From positions 1-63,347 of IMG/VR virus record IMGVR_UViG_3300020161_002487: a DNA stretch of 63,347 nt; one strand, written 5' to 3'. How positions within the stretch are numbered: position 1 is the stretch's first letter; each line of letters begins with the position of its first letter. Shown piece by piece: positions 58,335 to 63,347 of this stretch. The DNA comes from a virus. Taxonomy: Duplodnaviria > Caudoviricetes. A program made the position numbers and the translations under genes. The notes under the pieces were generated by a model. The model was not told where the DNA came from. It searched no databases and saw only the letters and a program-made list of their open reading frames with translations.

Positions 58335-58997
58335 ATGAAATTACCAGATGTAGAAATTGGAAAAAAATTAGTATGTGGATTGGGAAACGCCGAAATATTT
58401 GGTAGAGGTCCAAATGAAGTTCGTGGCTCTGCATATATTGAGGGACCAACGATAATAGGAGATCCTTCTCAGTTTGTTACTCCCACAGATACAGAATTAG
58501 GAACAGTCATGTGCGGAGAGACAAAAAACTCTGACATGAACCCAATTCCATTCTATTCTTTTTTTGCTAAAACTTATGCAAGAATCAAAAGCTTTCTTAA
58601 AGTAGATACTCTTCTTACTGTAAAATTAATAAAAGCCAAGATTATATACACTGAAGTATTAATGGCAAGATCTAAAAATTTTGCTATCGAACATCCTTCC
58701 GATAAAACTAAAATTCTTGTCTACTCATGTTTAGAGGGACCAGAAAATTCTGTCTATATAAGAGGGAGAATGAAAGGACGAGAAATCGCTCTTCCTGAAT
58801 ATTGGATAAATTTAGTTGATGAAAATAGCATAACAGTTGCTATTACTCCAATAAATGGACATCATTCAATTTATTTTGAAAGAATAGAAAATAATAAAGT
58901 TTATATGATGTCAGATACAATTGAGCCAGAATATTTTTATCACATATTTGCAGAAAGAAAAGATATAGAAAAGTTACAAGTAGAGGTGAATAAATGA
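58335..58997 (+). CDS. Structural protein, paralog of 58994
   Basis: FAIEHPS...LEGPE..VYIRG...LPEYW shared C-terminal domain. Confidence 0.7.
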   Translation: MKLPDVEIGKKLVCGLGNAEIFGRGPNEVRGSAYIEGPTIIGDPSQFVTPTDTELGTVMCGETKNSDMNPIPFYSFFAKTYARIKSFLKVDTLLTVKLIKAKIIYTEVLMARSKNFAIEHPSDKTKILVYSCLEGPENSVYIRGRMKGREIALPEYWINLVDENSITVAITPINGHHSIYFERIENNKVYMMSDTIEPEYFYHIFAERKDIEKLQVEVNK

Positions 58998-59788
58998 GTT
59001 TTTCTTTCGTTGATTATGGAACATTTACGGGACCAAATAGTGTAAATGGCGATTATAATTATGATGAGGTATCAAAAGAAGGATCATGGTGGTCTGACCT
59101 ACCAGTAGATGGCTCCTTTAAATTAATCGATTTAGCAGTTGTTTTATTTCATAACTCAAATGATTACATCGGATTTCATGTAAATGGAACAAATACTTCG
59201 TTAATAAACTTGGCAAGTTACACAGGAAATATTCCTTCTTTTATAGTTAAAGTAGATAATACTATCATAAACGGAAATATACTTGCAAATGGAAATATAA
59301 TTACAAATGGATCAATTACTGCGAATGGTTTAATGACATTGGCTGGAATTGGTGATGTTGCATCAAATATCAATCTGGCCAAATCTTTACCCGCTAAACC
59401 ATTTGATATTCCACATCCATCCAAACCTTTGACACATAGACTTAGACATGTTTCATTGGAAGGCCCAGAAATAGGAGTTTATTTTAGGGGAAAGTTGATT
59501 AATTCGAATGTAATTGAACTTCCTTCTTATTGGTCAGATTTAGTTGACCTAGATACCGTAACCGTTCAATTGACTCCAATTGGAACTCATCAAGAATTAT
59601 ATGCTGACGAAGATGTAGAGTGGGGAAGAAGAATTATAATTAAAAATAATTCCGGTACCTCAATAAAATGTTTTTATACGGTATTTGCAGAAAGAAAGGA
59701 TATGGAGAAATTAGTAGTAGAATATGAAGGGGCAACCATAAAAGATTATCCAGGTCAAGATTGGCTACGAGTTAAGGAAACAATATAA
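58994..59788 (+). CDS. Structural protein, paralog of 58335
   Basis: FDIPHPS...LEGPEIGVYFRG...LPSYW; NGNI repeats. Confidence 0.7.
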   Translation: MSFSFVDYGTFTGPNSVNGDYNYDEVSKEGSWWSDLPVDGSFKLIDLAVVLFHNSNDYIGFHVNGTNTSLINLASYTGNIPSFIVKVDNTIINGNILANGNIITNGSITANGLMTLAGIGDVASNINLAKSLPAKPFDIPHPSKPLTHRLRHVSLEGPEIGVYFRGKLINSNVIELPSYWSDLVDLDTVTVQLTPIGTHQELYADEDVEWGRRIIIKNNSGTSIKCFYTVFAERKDMEKLVVEYEGATIKDYPGQDWLRVKETI

Positions 59789-60588
59789 TGGCATTTGCAA
59801 ATACTTCACTAACAGCAGTTCAAATATTAGAATCGAAAAAGAGTGGACTTGAATCTTCAAATGGAGATCCTACTACTTATGCTTCTGGTGTTTCTGTTGA
59901 CAACATAAACAAATTTCTTACTCCATGTCAACAAATTGATTCATATTTACTTGCAAATTATATTGATCAAATTAATTCCAAGAAACAACAAATCGTAAAT
60001 ATTTGTCAAACTGCGTCTGGAACAGGAGTAGTCAGTCCATGTGGAGTTGCATCTACTGCTTCTGATGTTTATAACTTTTACTCTTCAATTGCAACTGGAA
60101 TTGGAACATCTGGACCTGGAGTTAATTTTGGATTTCAAGGAGCAATTGTTGGGGTGTGTACAGTAAAACAAGATACATTAAATGCACATGTATATCCAAA
60201 TTTAGAAAATGGGGTATATACAACAAATAATCCATTAGAAGGAGAAACTTATATTGCCATAACAAATTTAAATACTGGAATTGGACAATCAACGGTTCTT
60301 ATTCAAAATGATCCCAATGCATCTACGATAGGATTAGTAGTCAAAATAACTAGTACTGTTCCTGCGTGTGCAACTTATGCACAAAATATATCTACTTTAT
60401 TGTCAGAAATTGAAACACTAAGGCAAAATATAACAGATCATATTAATTCATCATGTTTGGTGAAAAAATACAAACATTCATACCAATTAGAGAATTGGTC
60501 TTATAATAGAATCAAACAACAAAATATAGATGAAATTGCTTCATTGACTGCGGCAATATCAGTTCTTAATAATCAAATTTATCAATAA
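59788..60588 (+). CDS. Hypothetical, probably structural protein
   Basis: 266-aa ORF coupled to the late operon; GIGT motifs. Confidence 0.7.
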   Translation: MAFANTSLTAVQILESKKSGLESSNGDPTTYASGVSVDNINKFLTPCQQIDSYLLANYIDQINSKKQQIVNICQTASGTGVVSPCGVASTASDVYNFYSSIATGIGTSGPGVNFGFQGAIVGVCTVKQDTLNAHVYPNLENGVYTTNNPLEGETYIAITNLNTGIGQSTVLIQNDPNASTIGLVVKITSTVPACATYAQNISTLLSEIETLRQNITDHINSSCLVKKYKHSYQLENWSYNRIKQQNIDEIASLTAAISVLNNQIYQ

Positions 60589-60610
60589 AAATTATCAATA
60601 GGAATTTACC

Positions 60611-60802
60611 ATGTACAGTTGGGGAGATGACGAATATCTGGATAGGTGTGTCGTAAATCCGATGTCACGAAAATTTACTTTATACTCTGATCAGGGGACA
60701 GAAGTGGAAGTGGCATGTGAGACTGCCGACCAGTTCATGAAAGTGCTAAAATTTACAAGACAACAATTAACAGAGGACCGCCTCGAATACGTTAGCATAT
60801 GA
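60611..60802 (+). CDS. Hypothetical protein
   Basis: AGGA RBS; 63 aa. Confidence 0.7.
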   Translation: MYSWGDDEYLDRCVVNPMSRKFTLYSDQGTEVEVACETADQFMKVLKFTRQQLTEDRLEYVSI

Positions 60803-60972
60803 GAAAGGAAACCCGAGAAGCCATGGAAAATCTATTTCATGCGAAATGGAATTTGCCGGAGGCGGCTAGTCATTGTGGGCTTACACATAAAGAAATGAAG
60901 ATCACGTTCAATGCATACTGTAGCTTGAACCCACAGACGTGGACAGTTCAACAACTGGCACAAGAATCTTGA
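60799..60972 (+). CDS. Small hypothetical protein (57 aa, not in ORF track)
   Basis: ATGA overlap; MRKETREAMENLFHAKWNLPEAASHCGL... Confidence 0.6.
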   Translation: MRKETREAMENLFHAKWNLPEAASHCGLTHKEMKITFNAYCSLNPQTWTVQQLAQES

Positions 60973-60997
60973 CAATCTAAATAGATTCTGATATTCT
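60941..60997 (+). promoter_or_regulatory. Palindromic motif plus sigma70 promoter
   Basis: CAGTT-CAAC-AACTG, TTGACA at 60969, TGnTATTCT -10. Confidence 0.7.
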
Positions 60998-61039
60998 TGT
61001 GCATGGTGATCCATAAATAGTAGATATTTTCAGTTTCAT

Positions 61040-61312
61040 ATGAAATATAAAATATCCACTTCTTATAATTGGTACTGCGTTGAAAATGAAGAGTTTATCG
61101 TAAAAATGTATTCTATCAATGGACTACCATTCACCTTCGACGATATAACAGATGATGAGAAAAATGATGAGCAAATATTACTCGAAGCATCGAGTAATCG
61201 TAGATATGATGAAGTTGATTTATTCAAATATTCATCATACTTAATTGAAGAAGAGGCACATCCTATGTTATTTCCAATTGACGTTGAAAATCCAGAAGAT
61301 ATGCCTGTCTGA
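61040..61312 (+). CDS. Acidic hypothetical protein
   Basis: 90-aa ORF; INGLPFTFDD. Confidence 0.7.
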   Translation: MKYKISTSYNWYCVENEEFIVKMYSINGLPFTFDDITDDEKNDEQILLEASSNRRYDEVDLFKYSSYLIEEEAHPMLFPIDVENPEDMPV

Positions 61313-61319
61313 TTAACTC

Positions 61320-61392
61320 GCCTCTATAGCATAATGGTTACTGCATTCGCCTTGTAAGCGAAAGATTCTCGGTTCGATTCCGAGTGGGGGCT
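61320..61392 (+). tRNA. tRNA-Thr(UGU)
   Basis: GCCTCTA/TGGGGGC acceptor, TTCGC-CT TGT AA-GCGAA arm. Confidence 0.92.
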
Positions 61393-61439
61393 TGCCCAAC
61401 ACAGGGCAACTGATAAACTTTATTCTAACTAATTTTCAC

Positions 61440-62918
61440 ATGAATTTTAAACAACTGATGCTTGCACCTGTTGCTCTTAGTATGGTTGCTCCTGCTGTTG
61501 CAAATGCGGCAGACATTAATATGGCAGCAGTCAATCGATATACTTCTGCAGAACAGGTCACAAGTGTTACACAATTTTCTGACGTAAAGCCTACTGATTG
61601 GGCATATCAGGCACTCGGCAATCTCGTTGAACGTTATGGTTGCGTTGCCGGATATCCTAACGGAACTTTTGTCGGTGGTCGCTCAATGACCCGCTACGAG
61701 GCTGCTGCTCTTCTGAATGCTTGTCTCGGCGGTGTAACTGAAGTGACTGATGAACTTCGTCGTCTTCTGAAAGAATTTGACGTAGAACTCGCCACCCTCC
61801 GTGGTCGGGTTGACGGTCTGGAAACCCGAGTCAATACTCTTCAGGCACAACAATTCTCCACCACTACCAAACTCAAAGGTGAAGCATCTTTCATTCTTGG
61901 TGGTGTAGATGGTGCTCGACTGGCTAACGGAACTAACGTTGGCAATACTGCATTCAACTACGATGTTCGTTTGAACTTTGACACCAGTTTCACGGGCAAA
62001 GATCTGCTCCGCACTCGTCTTCGTACTGGTAACTTCTCTAGTCAACCATTTGGTTCTTCTTCATCCCTCTTCAAACTGGACAAGGCAGAAACTTATGATG
62101 ATGTCCTGAAGATTGATCGTCTCTACTACCAAACTCCAGCCTTTACAAAAGGTGTCAGTGTAACGGTTGGTCCTCTGGTTCGTAATACTGAACTTGCCTG
62201 GATTCCCACTGCTTATAAGTCTGATATTCTTGACTTCTTTGCTGTTGCTGGCGCTCCTGGGGTTTATAACAAAGCAACTGGTGCTGGTTTCGGTGTTCAA
62301 TATGTTCAACCCGGAAAGCAAGGTATTGTTGCTGGTCTCAACTATGTTGCTCAGAGTGGTAGTAATTCTACCAAAGGAGAATTCAATGCCTCTGGCGCCC
62401 TGAACACGATGCTTCAAGTTGGTTATCGTGCTCCACAGTGGGGTGTGGCGCTGGCATACAGAAACGGAACAGAAAACACCCGTATTCGCACCTTCAATGG
62501 TGTTGGCGGAAATGCTGGCACTCTGATTGCTGATCAGGGTTCTAATAATTACGCTTTGAATGCCTACTGGCAACCTGCTACTTCTGGATTCATTCCTTCC
62601 GTGAGTGCTGCTTATGGTTGGAACAATGTGAACGGTCCTGCAACTCCTAATGGTGCCACCGATTCTCAAACTTGGATGGCAGGTCTTCAGTGGTCTGATG
62701 TGTTTACCAAGGGCAATGCCGCTGGTTTCGCCATCGGTCAACCTGGCAATGCTGCGGGTCTTTCTGCCAATGCAACAATGTGGGAAGCATTTTACAAATA
62801 CAGGGTTTCTGATAATATTTCTATCACTCCTGCGATCTTCTATGTTTCCAACAATCAAGGTCTGAATGGTGCATCCTCCAATTATGGTGGAGTTTTTCAA
62901 ACGACATTTAAGTTCTGA
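61440..62918 (+). CDS. Cyanobacterial outer-membrane porin (SLH + OprB, Som type)
   Basis: Signal peptide, FSDVKPTDWAYQAL..LVERYGC SLH domain, QFSTTTKL, terminal TTFKF. Confidence 0.93.
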   Translation: MNFKQLMLAPVALSMVAPAVANAADINMAAVNRYTSAEQVTSVTQFSDVKPTDWAYQALGNLVERYGCVAGYPNGTFVGGRSMTRYEAAALLNACLGGVTEVTDELRRLLKEFDVELATLRGRVDGLETRVNTLQAQQFSTTTKLKGEASFILGGVDGARLANGTNVGNTAFNYDVRLNFDTSFTGKDLLRTRLRTGNFSSQPFGSSSSLFKLDKAETYDDVLKIDRLYYQTPAFTKGVSVTVGPLVRNTELAWIPTAYKSDILDFFAVAGAPGVYNKATGAGFGVQYVQPGKQGIVAGLNYVAQSGSNSTKGEFNASGALNTMLQVGYRAPQWGVALAYRNGTENTRIRTFNGVGGNAGTLIADQGSNNYALNAYWQPATSGFIPSVSAAYGWNNVNGPATPNGATDSQTWMAGLQWSDVFTKGNAAGFAIGQPGNAAGLSANATMWEAFYKYRVSDNISITPAIFYVSNNQGLNGASSNYGGVFQTTFKF

Positions 62919-62970
62919 TTTCAAGTTCTGATTTCAAGTTCTGATTTCAAGTTCTGATTTCAAGTTCTGA
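62910..62970 (+). repeat. 13-bp tandem repeat AAGTTCTGATTTC x4.7 spanning the porin stop codon
   Basis: Read directly. Confidence 0.95.
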
Positions 62971-62975
62971 AGTAG

Positions 62976-63086
62976 TATAAATAAAAATGCCTGACTTGTT
63001 GGCGCTTTTCAGGTGGAAAGGATCGGGGAGCATTTCTGCTCCCCTTTCTTGTATAAATAGTATTGCCAACAAGTTAGAGTAGAACT
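62976..63086 (+). ncRNA. Endonuclease-associated cassette copy 3
   Basis: TATAAATA-aaaat-GCCTGACTTGTTGGCG-CTTTTCAGG...GGGGAGCA/TGCTCCCC-TATAAATA-gtatt-GCCAACAAGTTAG...AGAACTATG. Confidence 0.72.
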
Positions 63087-63347
63087 ATGGAAACTCCAAG
63101 AGAGTATTATACTTACGCATACTTACGTGAGGATGGAAGTCCTTATTATATTGGTAAGGGTAAGGGAGATAGAGCATTTATAAAAAATCGTAAAGGAATA
63201 AAACCACCAAAAGACTCATCAAGAATTATATTTCTAAAACAAAATCTTACCGAAGAAGAAGCATTTAAGCACGAAGTTTATATGATTGTGGTTCTTGGTA
63301 GAAAAGATTTAGGAACCGGAATCTTAAGAAACAAAACCGATGGTGGG
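63087..63347 (+). CDS. GIY-YIG homing endonuclease, 3'-truncated by window edge; close paralog of 54465-55142
   Basis: METPREYYTYAYLREDGSPYYIGKGKG...RNKTDGG. Confidence 0.9.
   Translation, partial: METPREYYTYAYLREDGSPYYIGKGKGDRAFIKNRKGIKPPKDSSRIIFLKQNLTEEEAFKHEVYMIVVLGRKDLGTGILRNKTDGG

Noticed and set aside
62061-62924. Long antisense ORFs (62061-62924, 56355-57116, 1835-2302 and similar)
   Set aside because: They are shadows of well-supported plus-strand genes and have no motifs or expression signals.
62910-62970. Possible mini-CRISPR array
   Set aside because: 13-bp units are directly adjacent with no spacers, and there is no cas operon; the Cas4-like exonuclease at 39879 is a standard T4-like core gene.

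Overview
A 63 kb segment of an AT-rich T4-like cyanophage (cyanomyovirus) genome, probably freshwater. Core genes: partial nrdB, glutaredoxin, thyX, phoH, exonuclease, gp33, gp59, gp32 and a baseplate/tail block (gp53, gp48, gp2, gp4, gp54-like, gp26, gp51, hub lysozymes, gp5). Host-derived genes: psbA, two hli, pstS, dps, peroxiredoxin, gnd-zwf-talC, CP12, CpcS/CpeS-type lyase, speD, a porin and a 9-gene glycosylation island. RNA genes: about 10 tRNAs, including tRNA-Leu(UAA) with a group I intron. psbA is split by three group I introns and reassembles to a full 360-aa D1. There are at least six homing-type endonucleases. The most unusual signals are: (1) a three-copy cassette of late promoter, small hairpin RNA, terminator, second late promoter and GIY-YIG gene, in which the small-RNA loop covaries to stay complementary to the predicted first nucleotides of the nuclease mRNA; (2) a tRNA-Asn whose anticodon is interrupted by a 44-nt tRNA-minihelix-like insert; (3) a modular family of late proteins built from conserved acidic blocks and variable basic segments bounded by prohead-protease-like sites. 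All calls come from manual reading and recalled family motifs; no searches or folding programs were run.
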